This document shows positions 13,258-25,200 of a stretch of 64,000 nt of DNA, one piece after another. Under the pieces are notes generated by a model. It was not told the origin of the DNA and did not search any database. It saw only the letters and a list, made by a program, of their open reading frames with translations. This DNA is from Takakia lepidozioides (Eukaryota > Plantae > Bryophyta), in assembly GCA_030704615.1 (NCBI GenBank), contig CM060732.1, positions 49,910,001-49,974,000 on the forward strand. Reading direction: 5' to 3'. Position 1 is the stretch's first letter. Each line of letters begins with the position of its first letter. The translations under genes were made by a program, and so were the position numbers.

Positions 13258-16200
13258 ATGGTTGCATCATCTTCCGGATCTGTTGTTGATAGAGGACGGA
13301 TAGCTGAAACTCTGGAAACACCCAGTTTGCAAGAGGGACAAGGTGAAGAGGACAAGAGATCAGGAGCCAATCTATTTTTCTTTCCACAAGCATCTGGTCA
13401 CAGCGAAATTCGACTCCCAGTGAGATTTCGGTACCCAGAAGGTGGTTTAGAGCCCCTAGCAACTCCATCATCTGACACATCAGAAGCCTTGATAGGGCTA
13501 GAGCCCATCAACACAATTTTCTCAGGGGAAGTCAGAAATGATACTGGTGTACGACGTATAAATTCACCAAATGCTGCAATAGGACAGGATACAATGCTGA
13601 AGGCGTTCCGAACTTCTGATTCATTCCAGGTATATCCAGCACCAGATTCATCAGAGTATGCAGAAGGGCAAGCAGAAACAGTATTGCCAGAAGCATCTGC
13701 AGGGGGTTGCGATAGAACTGATAATTCCCAAGGCTCAGTTGAGGGGGGATTCTCATCATTGAAAGTTTCAAGATCTCATGCTCCCAAAAATCCCATGGAG
13801 AAAGATGACTGCCTGCAGGCATCAAGTGCCTCTTTTCCTTTCACAGAGAAAAGCTTGTCACATGGGAATTGCGCTGTTCCAAGGAGGCAAGCTCCAGGGA
13901 ATGTTGTGCCTCCTGCACAAAATGAAGGTTAGTGTTTTCTGTTGTGTTCTATGTCACCAACATTTTCTCTCTTAGATTGTACTCATAAGACGTTGTTTGC
14001 CGTAGCCTTGTGGCCATTGACCCCGCGCCCAGTTTGAGCGGGAACAAAAGGGACAGAACCTACCTCTGTCAGGGGCTGACGTTGGTAGTAAGACTTACCT
14101 TCATATAAAGAATTAATCCGGGTTTTCCAGATATCCTCTAGAAATCCCTTCACACAAGCATCAATCTGCTGTGTGTGATTTGCCCAAAAACTAGGCCTCA
14201 GGAGGGCCTGGGCTTTTGGCTCAGCCTCGAGACTTTCAAAGTTGGTAAACAGGGGTACAGGCACAATTCCCTTGATAGAGTTGAAGAGAGCGTCTCTTTG
14301 GTGAGAGAACCCCGGACAGTGTATCAGAAAATGAATACTGTCTTCAGATTGCCCACACAATGGGCAATTGCACTCTCCCCATTTTCTCTCTTAGAGACTG
14401 GAAAGATGTCGATAAGTTGAGGGGAGAAGGGGAGCAAGGAGATTGTGCAGAAAAAGTTTAGCTTGTAGGCACTTGTGTATCAGTCATGATCATCTTGCCA
14501 GTAGGTTATGACGCATGGTAATTTTCTTACACTAAAAACTCTGCTGCAGGTTCTGGTTTTGGATTCTCCCAATCAAGTATCCCAAGCCCTCCTTCTCCAG
14601 AGCCCTTCCGGCCTGGGTCACCTCTTAAATGGCGCTCAAAGTCATCTACCTCTTTGCCAGGGATCACTCAGGTGCCAGAGACACCAGCGCATGGATTGTT
14701 CACTCGGGATCCCTCGTTCTCCGAGCACACTCACGGCACCTTCAGGCTGTTCAGTGAGGCTCACATGTCTGATGAGCCCGAGCCTTCCACAGTTGCAGCC
14801 AAGCTGAAAGAGGCAGCACTTGCCATGGACTCTGTAGATGAACCGTCAATAGAGGAACTGCTGACCTCAATGGGAGTTTCCCTGCCACATGATCGAGGAA
14901 GCTTGGATTACTCATTAGCATTGGAATATCATGGTCCGCCCATCGGCCAGGATGTACCAGAAGTTGCTCCTTTGGTTCACAGTGTTATCAGACACGAGGA
15001 GATGGAGGGCCCCATAGCACCCACATCACTTCCTGTAGCTTCTTCCATGGAAAAGGTGTCTAAATTCAGCAAAGTTTTCAGATTGCGACCAAAAGGTCTG
15101 GAAGTTGAGATTCGGAGAGTGTTGGGCCCAGCTTCTGCATCTAGAGTGACACGGTTAGTCCAGCCAGAACCTGCACACAGCTCATCAGGCACAGGCGCAG
15201 TAGTAGTACCAGAACCTGCCAGCATTTTAACTGCCCACGCAGGAGGCTCTGAGGAGGTTACATCTTCATCAGTTGCCCAGATCTCTCCAGACACTGCCCG
15301 TCTGCAGATCTTGCCAAAGCTTGAGAAGAAAGTAGATAGAAGTTATTTGGTCCCAGAAGTGGTGATACTGAGCAAGGCTCAAGAGAAATATAGAGTTGCA
15401 ACACAATCTGAACCTCCAGACAATTCAAACAGGCTTCAAGGGAGAGGCAGATTACCTCCCGAAATGCCTGATTCCCCAGCATCAACTAGCTCTGCAACCT
15501 CTCTTGCACCAGCGGATGTTAGTGCACATTCTCTATCCCGAAAGTCATCAACGTCTGAAATTGAGGAGGTAGTAGCATCCCCTTCGCTGTCAGCATCCCC
15601 GTCTATTGCATCCTCTCTTTCAGGGCCCCTTGCAGGTTATTATAATGAGGACAAAGTTGAGGTTGCACCCTCAGAAAACCGGGATGGATCAGCAATTGTG
15701 CCACCAGAGACACTAGCTTCAGTTGCATGGGTGAGCAAACCTCGGTCAATATCCCTACCACTGGAGCAATCAGTCTGTCATGGTCCTCCTAATTCGTTGG
15801 TCTCCAACAGTGGACCTGCAAAGCTTTTGGAGAATGTAGGCGAGGACACTTTGTCGTCGCAGACGCAGAACAGGAGGAGGGGGGGATGCTATCACTGCAG
15901 GAAAGGCCACCGCTTGCAGGACAAAGAGGTGTGCATGGTTTGCAGCTCCAAATATTGCAGCAACTGTGTCGTGGTGGCTATGGGGTCCATGCCTGAAGGT
16001 CGGAAGTGTGTGGGATGCATTGGACGCCCAATCCACGAATCCAGGAGGCCGTATATAGGGAAACCATCAAGGCTTCTGAAGAACATTCTTAGGCCTCTCG
16101 AAGTGCAGCAGATCCTGAAGGCTGAGAGGGAATGCCTGGCCAATCAGCTGAGGCCTGACCAGCTATGGGTGAATGGCAGTAAGCTTTCGCTCGAAGAGAT

Positions 16201-19200
16201 GGGGATATTACTTGGTTGTGGCAAACCTCCACTCAAACTGAAACCGGGGAGGTACTGGTATGACAGCCAAACAGGACTTTGGGGAAATGTAAGTAATGGT
16301 GGCATTTCCAGGAACTGATTTGAAAATTGCATCGTATGTGACATCGTATGACTTCACATGGGCCTTGAATTGCATATAGATTGAAAGCTTTTTTGACACT
16401 ACAGCTCTCTTTGGTGCTATCTTGTTTGGTCAGTCCATCCGTTGAGCATCTGCAGATAGTTTTTGACAATTGACCTTGGTGATCAAGCACTAACTTCCAA
16501 TCCTCAAAAGAGGAGAACTGTTGTGAAGTCAGAGTGGTCTGTGTTGGCAACAAAAGGTCCACAATAATGCAACTTGCTGAGAGTGAAAGATTATACTGAC
16601 AACCCCAGGATTGGGTCGGCAGGGCAGTCCTTGTTGAGATTAGTCTCTGGTGTAAAGAGATTCAGCTTCACGACTTACCCTTGACTGTTTGGTGCTGTCA
16701 ATGTCTGTCTATAGCCCACCACGTGGTTTGAAGTTTGACTTAATCTCCAGTCTGGGATGGGCTTGTGCACACTACGTGTAGTCAAGCAACCAGTTGATAA
16801 TCTATTCCCTGCAAAGGTGCATTTACTGCAGGGTTGTCAGACACAGGCAGTGCCTGTAAAAGTTAGGCAGAGTGCTGATTGTAGCTCGTGTGGTTGCTTG
16901 TGGGGAAAAAGGAGGGACAGCGACCAGACAAAATCATAAGTCCGTCGTTGAAAGTGGGTGGTCATCTCCTAGCAGATGCCAGCAATGGGGCAACACAAGT
17001 GTTTATGAATGGCCGTGAACTTGGCAAGCTGGAACTGAAGATGCTTAAGGTGCAATATTGCAAATCGTCAATCACTAACTTGCTTTTGTCATTTAACTAT
17101 TTTGTGTCACACTTCGGAAGGCTCATAAGTTATGTGCAATGTGTTACAGACTCTTTGCTCTTTATTCAGTCTAATTTCTTGGTCAGATTTGCTCTCCTAA
17201 ACCCTCAAATTGCCAGGGTGACTGCAAAGGATTGATGGTACTTAAGGGGTCAAGCTGATCCTGGATAAATTGTTGATACATACGCACACATTTTGACTTG
17301 TCAGACTATTGAGAAGTTGGCAATTGGACACCCTATTTGGATTGAAAAGTTTCAAAGTTTTATGATATTATTTATGCAATTTTCATCAACTAGTCTTTTG
17401 AAAATTCATAACTATTACAAAACTTTTGGAAACCGGTTGAAGGTTTCTTTTTTGTCAGAGACCCCTCGACATTTAAGCATGAAGCCTCAGCTATTTTGAG
17501 TCCTTGGAATGCCTCCTGGTATTGCTTTATGAGTTCGTTCTCTCACTTGATCATGTATTTATGCTTATGCAGTTGGCAGGGGTGCACTGTCCCCCCAGGA
17601 CCCGTTTGTGGGTGGAGAAGGATGGCTCATATTCAGAAGAGGGCCAAAACAATAAAAAAGGCAACATCTGGGGAAAGGTGAGGCTACAACTTTGTCATGT
17701 AGTTTCCCTAAACTAATTCTCTTGTTCACCTGAACTAATGTTATGAGAAACATAGGATTGGACTTTGCAGATCTCTCATGAGGATGTTTGTCTCCCTGTC
17801 CTCTAGGAAGCCTATTGACATTGGGTGGACTTGAAACAGGAGTACATTAATGTCTCTGTGACTAAATGCCGGCCTTGTGACCTCGTGTCCTTGTTTGTTT
17901 CGACCTGAAGCGCTTTGCTTCAGGTAAGGTAGTGCATTGGATTTAGTTGGAAAGCTTGGGGCCTTTCCCTCTTTAGAATATGCCTACACGGGCCATTCCC
18001 TGCAACTCCCTGGAGTGTGATCTCTGAATGGTAACAAGCGGACTCCTACCGCTTGGGGGCAGCCCCTCCGCCCAAATTGGGCAGTCATATGCTCTGTCTA
18101 GCATACTCGGCACTTGGGCTCGGGTTGGTTCCTGTGCTTAAACTTATGGCCTGCGAAAACAATCAAAAATTTAGCTCCTATCAACATCAACACTCCTCAG
18201 AGTGATCCCTGGGAATTGGTTACTTCTGCCAAATCTAGGGCTTCATGTGTAGTTTTTGGGGTGAATCCCAGGATGGACGATGTGTCGTTTAAAACTACAT
18301 GCTCTAGCTTAGGCTTGGATTTCATGGCTAATGGTACCATCTCGAGACTTGATAACAGGGGTACGTTGAAGGTTGCAATGACCAAAAGTGCTTCTAATAG
18401 AGTCCCGCATCAATTCAATCTCAAAGAAGTTCGTCCCTTGACTGGCTGGAGAGCGGTCTTAGACATTGGTGATTCAATGGGGCGCTCTAGGAAGACAACC
18501 AAGGGCAACAACTTCAACTTGAGAGTTTCTAATCGGTTTGATGCTCTGGATGAGGTTGAATCCAAACAGCCAGAAGGACAAGATGCCCCTAAGTGTACGG
18601 AACCTGAATGTCCTGAATCTGAAGGATTTGGTACTCTGAATGGTTTACCAATCCTCAAGGTTTACACAAGACGAACAAATTCTATACACGGGGTAATTGT
18701 CCCCAAGCCGTCAGATGGACAATCTGTCCCTAAGTGTGCAGAGCCTGAACGTCGTGTAACTGAAGGATTTGGTACTCTAAATGGTTTACCAATCCTCAAA
18801 GTCTACACAAGACGAGCAAAATCTATACACGGGGTAATTGTCCCCAAGCAGTCTGACGGACAATCTGCCCCTATGTGTGCGGAGCCTGTGCGTCGTGTAA
18901 CTGAAAGATTTGGTACCCTGAATGGTTTACCAATTCTCAAAGCTTACACAAGACGAGCAAAATCTACACATGGGGTAACTGTCCCCCCTTTGCAGAACGG
19001 TTGGCCGTCCAGGAGCAATCACAAGCTACCTAGACGACAAACAATTCACACGCAAAGGGCTGGCTTGCGGCTGGCCACTTTCAACTTCTCAGGGTTGACC
19101 AACCAAAGGAAACAACTTGAAGTGGGACAAGTTCTTCGGACTAATGATATTCATATCTGTGCTGGGCAAGAAACATGGGAAACGTCGGATAAACTGGTTG

Positions 19201-22200
19201 GAGATGTCATTGGTTATAAATGGGCAGGTAAGATGTGTACTCTCAAGGCAGCCTCTGCCTCTGCAAAAGGGGTCGGATTCTTTGTCCGTGATTTCTTGTT
19301 TGACAATTGTGAAATTATCAACAAGGGTTTGAGGTACGAGCATAGTATCTGGCTAAAACTGAATTTGAAGGGCAGCATGAGTACAAAGGACCTCTTTGTT
19401 GGTTGTGTTTACATGCCCACAGAGGGGACCCTTAGTGCTGACGCAGACAAGGCCTTCGAAGATGTAAAGCTGGACTGTGCTTCGTTCCCTGCCAAAGGTC
19501 AGGTGGTGCTATTGGGGGACTTCAATGCCCGGGTGGGCAAAGGGATCCATCAGGACGATATCATTGGACCTTTTGGTGAGGACGAGCTGAATTCTAATGG
19601 CAGACGGTTAATTAACTGTCTAGAAGAGCTTCAGCTTTTGACCTTGAATAACAGGACAAGAGGTGACCAAGTGCAGTGGACTCGTGAGAAACCCCAAACT
19701 GGGGAACGTTCCATTGTGGACTATGTCATAATGGACAAAATTTTGTTCCCCCAGTGTGCCAATGTGTTGATCGACAGAACTGATATTGGTACCTCTGACC
19801 ACTTCCTGGTTTGGACTGAGATCAAAAGGTGTTTTCCCACCACCAAGAGATCTGTGAAACGTTCGATTCGGAAGTGGCGCATAGAAAAATTCCACAATGA
19901 GGAGGTCAAGGCTGAGTACGTCCAGGCCTTGCAAGAGGCTCTCCCTCATTTTGTCCAATTGCTCCAAGAACTTCAGTCACGCTCTGTTAACGCAAGAAAT
20001 GAAGTCGAAAGAGCAGTGGACTCTTGGGAGAGTTTCGTTTCCTCCGTGGCTGACAAGATCATTGGGAGGAAACTTATTGTCTGCGGTAGAGCAGTTAATT
20101 GGTGGACTAATGAGATTAAACTCAAGATAGCTGAGAGACGAGCCCTCTATAAAGAGTGCTGCAATTTGGAAACCAACAGAGAATTGTGGGCGAGGTACTA
20201 CCAGCTCCGTAAAGATATCAATCAGCTTGTTAGGTCTCAGAAGAAATTATACTGGGACAAGTTATACAGTGAAATAAACTCAAACCACCATGGTGGTAAT
20301 GACAAGAAATTCTGGTTGGCCCTTCAACGTTTGTACAAGCCGAAAAACGGTCAGCAAGTACAAGCGCTGAAGACTACTAAAGGTGCAGTGGTGACTTCAT
20401 CGGTTGACATTGTCAAAACCTTTGAAACTCACTACAGTATCCTTGGCAGAACTTCTAGGTCTAACAGTGAGGGGTCTTCTGCTGAATGGAGGGACACAGT
20501 TGGAAAAACTGTTCCTATGATTCAAAACAGCCCTGATGTACTGGAGTATATTTCAATGGCTTATAATGCTCCCATTAGTTCTTCTGAGATTGTGGAAGCA
20601 ATTGAACATTTAAATGGATATAAAGCTGGTGGACCTGATGGTATTGTCAACGAGATTATCAAGCACGGTGGCGATCCCATGATAGAGGCCCTAGTTCTCC
20701 TCTTTAACCTTATCTGGAAGACTGAAATGATCCCCTTTCGCTGGCGACAGGGGGTCATTGTCAATCTATACAAGAAGGGTGACAGAGAAGAACCGGGGAA
20801 CTACCGTGGCATCACGCTCCTCAATGCTGTTGGCAAGACATTCTGCAGAGTTATAAGTACTCGGCTCGAGGTTGATCTGGAGTCTAGAGGTTGTTTCCAC
20901 GAAGGCCAAGCTGGCTTTCGGCGAAACAGGGGCTGTGTGGATCATATCTTCACTCTAAGCCAGATTATCCAGGGAAGGAAAAAAGAAGGGAAACCCACTT
21001 ATGTCTTTTTCCTGGATGTCAAAAAGGATTATGACACAGTGTGGAGAGATGGCCTATGGTTCCGCCTCTGGTCTTGTGGGATCAAGGGAAAGATGTGGAG
21101 AGTTGTCCACAACTTGTATGCTCACACCAAAAGCTGTGTCACTGTTAACGGACAGAAGTCCAACTTCTTTGACATAGACCAAGGTGTAGCTCAAGGATGT
21201 ACTCTCTCCCCTCTGCTCTTCAATGTTTTCATCAATCAACTCCTCGAGGATGTGGAAAGTGAGGGATTTGGGTTAAGGGTGGGTGATACCACCATACCAG
21301 CCCTTATGTTTGCGGATGACTTCGCAGGCATAGGGGAGACTCCAACCAATCTCCAGGAGTTGATTGATTGCGCGAAGAGATACTTTGATCTTTGGGGGCT
21401 AGAGGCTAATGTCAGCAAATGTGCAGTGGTAGCATTCAACGACAGAGGAGAGGGAGGAAGTGATCTTAAGTGGCAGTGGGGTAGCCAAGAGATCCCAGTC
21501 CTCCCTTCCTACACTTACCTGGGCGTTGAGTTCTCCTCCAATTGTAATTGGGATGCACATATCCGGAAAGTTGTTCAAACTGGCAAGGGCAAAGCTCTGG
21601 GGCTCACTAAATTTTTCCACTGCAGAGGGGTCAACTCTGAGGTTAAGAAAACCATGCTTTGTCGCGTTATTAGACCTGCCTTGGAGTACGGATCTGCTAT
21701 ATGGGTTGATAACTCCAACCAGGCTAAGTCTCTAGAATCCGTTCAAGTGGGGGTGCTTAAGGAGTGTATGTCAGCATGCTCCAAAACAGCCAATGTGGCT
21801 GTTCGGGGTGAGTTTGGCATTCCGTCCTTAAGCTCCCGACGAGATGAATTCAAGGTCAGATGGTGGGGTCAGCTGCAACATATGCCCAACACCAGATATC
21901 CTAAGTTAATCGACTCTATATCTTGGAAACAGGACCGCCCTGTCAAACAGGCTAAGTCCTGGCAGAAGAGAGTAGAAGAGATCCTCAAGGACCTGGACCT
22001 GGATCCGCAAGTCTTGACCCTGCTGGATAAATCTGACTTAGAGGCTGTAGTGTCCTCAGCCATGTCTGTTGCCATGAGATTGTCTGATGAAAATGAAGTT
22101 CGGCAGAAAACTTCCCTGAACTTGTTTCCAGTCTGTGACATGGGGGAGGACATCTTGGATGACCTCAAGGGTCTACCCACTCTCGGCACTAGACTGAAAT

Positions 22201-25200
22201 TTAAACTCAGGGCAGGAAGCCTACCTTTGAACAGCAAACAGAAGCAGAGAGGAAAGGGAGAGTGCAATTGCCCGTTGTGTGGGCAATCTGAAGACAGTAT
22301 TCATTTTCTGATACACTGTCCGGGGTTCTCTCACCAAAGAGACGCTCTCCTCAAATCTATTAAGGGAATTGTGCCTGTACCCCTGTTTACCAACTTTGAA
22401 AGTCTCGAGGCTGAGCCAAAAGCCCAGGCCCTCCTGAGGCCTAGTTTTTGGGCAAATCACACACAGCAGATTGATGCTTGTGTGAAGGGATTTCTAGAGG
22501 ATATCTGGAAAACCCGGTAATTCTTTATATGGAGGTAAGTCTTACTACCAACGTCAGCCCCTGACAGGTAGGTTCTGTCCCTTTTGTTCCCGCTCAAACT
22601 GGGCGCGGGGTCAAGGCCACAAGGCTACGGCAAACAACGTCTTATGAGTACAATCTCATGAGGATGTTTAAATTGTTGCTGGGGCCCTGCAGGGAGTTTC
22701 ACTTTTGTGTTCCCTGATACGTGTCCAAATCGGTAGTTCCAAATCGGTAGTTCCCCGGTTCTTCTCTGTCACCCTTCTTGTATAGATTGACAATGACCCC
22801 CTGTCGCCAGCGAAAGGGGATCATTTCAGTCTTCCAGATAAGGTTAAAGAGGAGAACTAGGGCCTCTATCATGGGATCGCCACCGTGCTTGATAATCTCG
22901 TTGACAATACCATCAGGTCCACCAGCTTTATATCCATTTAAATGTTCAATTGCTTCCACAATCTCAGAAGAACTAATGGGAGCATTATAAGCCATTGAAA
23001 TAACTCCAGTTCATCAGGGCTGTTTTGAATCATAGGAACAGTTTTTCCAACTGTGTCCCTCCATTCAGCAGAAGACCCCTCACTGTTAGACCTAGAACTT
23101 CTGGTCTTAAGAGAGGGAGAGAGAGAGAGAATGTACCCATAAGATGTACTTTGCCAAGACCCCACACCTAGTTTGGGCAGAACAAAAGGGAACAGACACT
23201 ACCTTTGTGGGGGACTCACTCCAGCAGTGGGAGTTACTGTGATATAAACAATTTGTCCGGGCTTTCCATTTTTCCTCTAGAAAGCCCTTCATACAAGCAT
23301 CAATCTGCTCTGTGTGATCTGCCCAACAGTTCCAACAGGGCCATGGCTTTGGCTCAGCCTCGAGATTTTGGAAGTTGGGTAACAGAGGTGCAGGGACTAT
23401 GTTCTTCATGTACTTGAAGAGGGTCACTCTCTGATGAGAGTATCCTGGACATTGTATCAGAAAGTGGATATTGTCTTCAGGCTGCCCACACATCGGGCAT
23501 GGACAACCTCCCTTTTCTCTCTGCATCTGTTTATTGTTCAAAGGTAGACTCCCTGCCCTTAAATTTCAGTCTACTGTCAAGGGTTGCTAGGCCCTTGAGG
23601 TCATCCTTAAGGTCCTCACCCATGTCACAGACTGGCAACAAGTTCAGGGAAGTTTGATGCCTAACTTTGTTTTCCTTGGACATTCTTCGTGCTTCCAACA
23701 TAGCCTTTGACAGTCAGCCCAAGGGACACAGGCAGAACAACGAAAACCGAACCATATTTCTGCAAGAATCAAATCCAAAGAACTACTCAAGTATGGAAGG
23801 AAGGCAAAAGCCTGTATGCAGGTAAAGCTGGCAGGTACTTTGGATCGTCATGGTGAAAGCATCTGCCCAGGATGGAAATAAAGAAAGAAAGAAAAATCTT
23901 CTGGCAGTGTCCCAATGGATAAGATGAGTACAACACCAAGAACATGCCTCAAAAGTCTCTTAACAAGGATCAGGGAATGCTGTTGGTGCAGGCGTCAATC
24001 AGGCTCCTTTATCCTTTCTTTTCACTGCCAACTCCAGGATCAAGTTCACGTGGGAATGAGAATTCCAATGGCTTTTCCAATAGATACCATGATTATTTGG
24101 AACAGAACAATGTGCAGAAACTTCTCCTTCTGGGCCATGAGGGCTCTGGCAGAAGTACCATCTTCAAGCAGGTCAGTGAGCAATCACCCTTTCTAAGCAG
24201 TAACGCCTTTGTAGTAACATCTTTTGTTCTATTAATGGGGATCTAGGTAGGGTAGAGAGGAGAGTCACTCAGTTACTCATTAATCGCTTTTTCTTATAAC
24301 CTTGTGGTCATAGATCCGTTGCTTCATTGTTTTGGTAATATCATGGGGAGGTGATTCAGCAAGAGTGGAAGAAGACAGGAAGAAAGAAAGAAATTTTATA
24401 ATGTCCACATGCTGAGAAGCATGGTAGGGAACACTGTTGTTACTGGAGGCTCAATCCAACAGTGAATCTGATTCTCTAAAGAGATGAAGTTTGGCTTTTT
24501 GGATCTATTCAAGAACAGTCTGCACAATAGCATCTAATTACGTTGTAGTTTTTCAGATCCAAGGAGGGCCACAGCTTTAGGCAGGCCTTTCTCCTTTCAA
24601 AAGTGTGCAATGAAGCGCAGTACATTCTATTTGATGCATAAAAGAAAGCCTTTTGCTCAATAAGAATTGGTGCATGCATTGGAAAGTGGATGCAATTCTC
24701 AAATAATTCCTGCACATTGGGCATTACCTGTTTCTGGAATCCTGAATAGAAGCTGAGAGAAACTGTCTTGTGCACTTTCGAGGAGCGCCTCCTCTGTGGC
24801 CTTAGTGTCTAAACTAAAGGTCGTTCTTGTGCTTTATCAGAGGTCTGGACTGAAGACATAAAGCAGTGGCTAGGCTTATTTGATATCAAGAGAGAGATAG
24901 AAGGGGTGGAGGATAAACCTTCATGTTTGTAATAGAGCCCACCCCCAAAAGTGTGCAGTGACTGCAAGGGGAAAAGGTTCTTATTTATGCTGGCTTCGGC
25001 CTGTGTCATCTTCATGTTTGTGTGTTAGTAGTTGTCCTAGTGGCAATTGGTTGATTAACGGTGACATTACCGTTCAGGCAAAGTTTTTGTACAAAGATGG
25101 GTTTACGCACGAAGAGAAAGCCAACTTCAAGCTGCTCATACAGGCCAACATTTTCAAGTACATCAGCATTTTGTTGGAAGGTCGTGAGCGCTTTGAGGAG

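Larger units (their letters stand above)
17790..22653 (+). mobile_element. Near full-length non-LTR retrotransposon (RTE-X/RTE-like LINE) in XLG intron 4
   Basis: TSD TCTCATGAGGATGTTT at 17774-17789 and 22654-22669. Single long ORF and no poly-A tail. The clade assignment is inferred. Confidence 0.92.

Noticed and set aside
17870-18110. HDV-like ribozyme call in the LINE 5' UTR
   Set aside because: The nested double pseudoknot could not be assembled by eye. Kept only as a structured leader.
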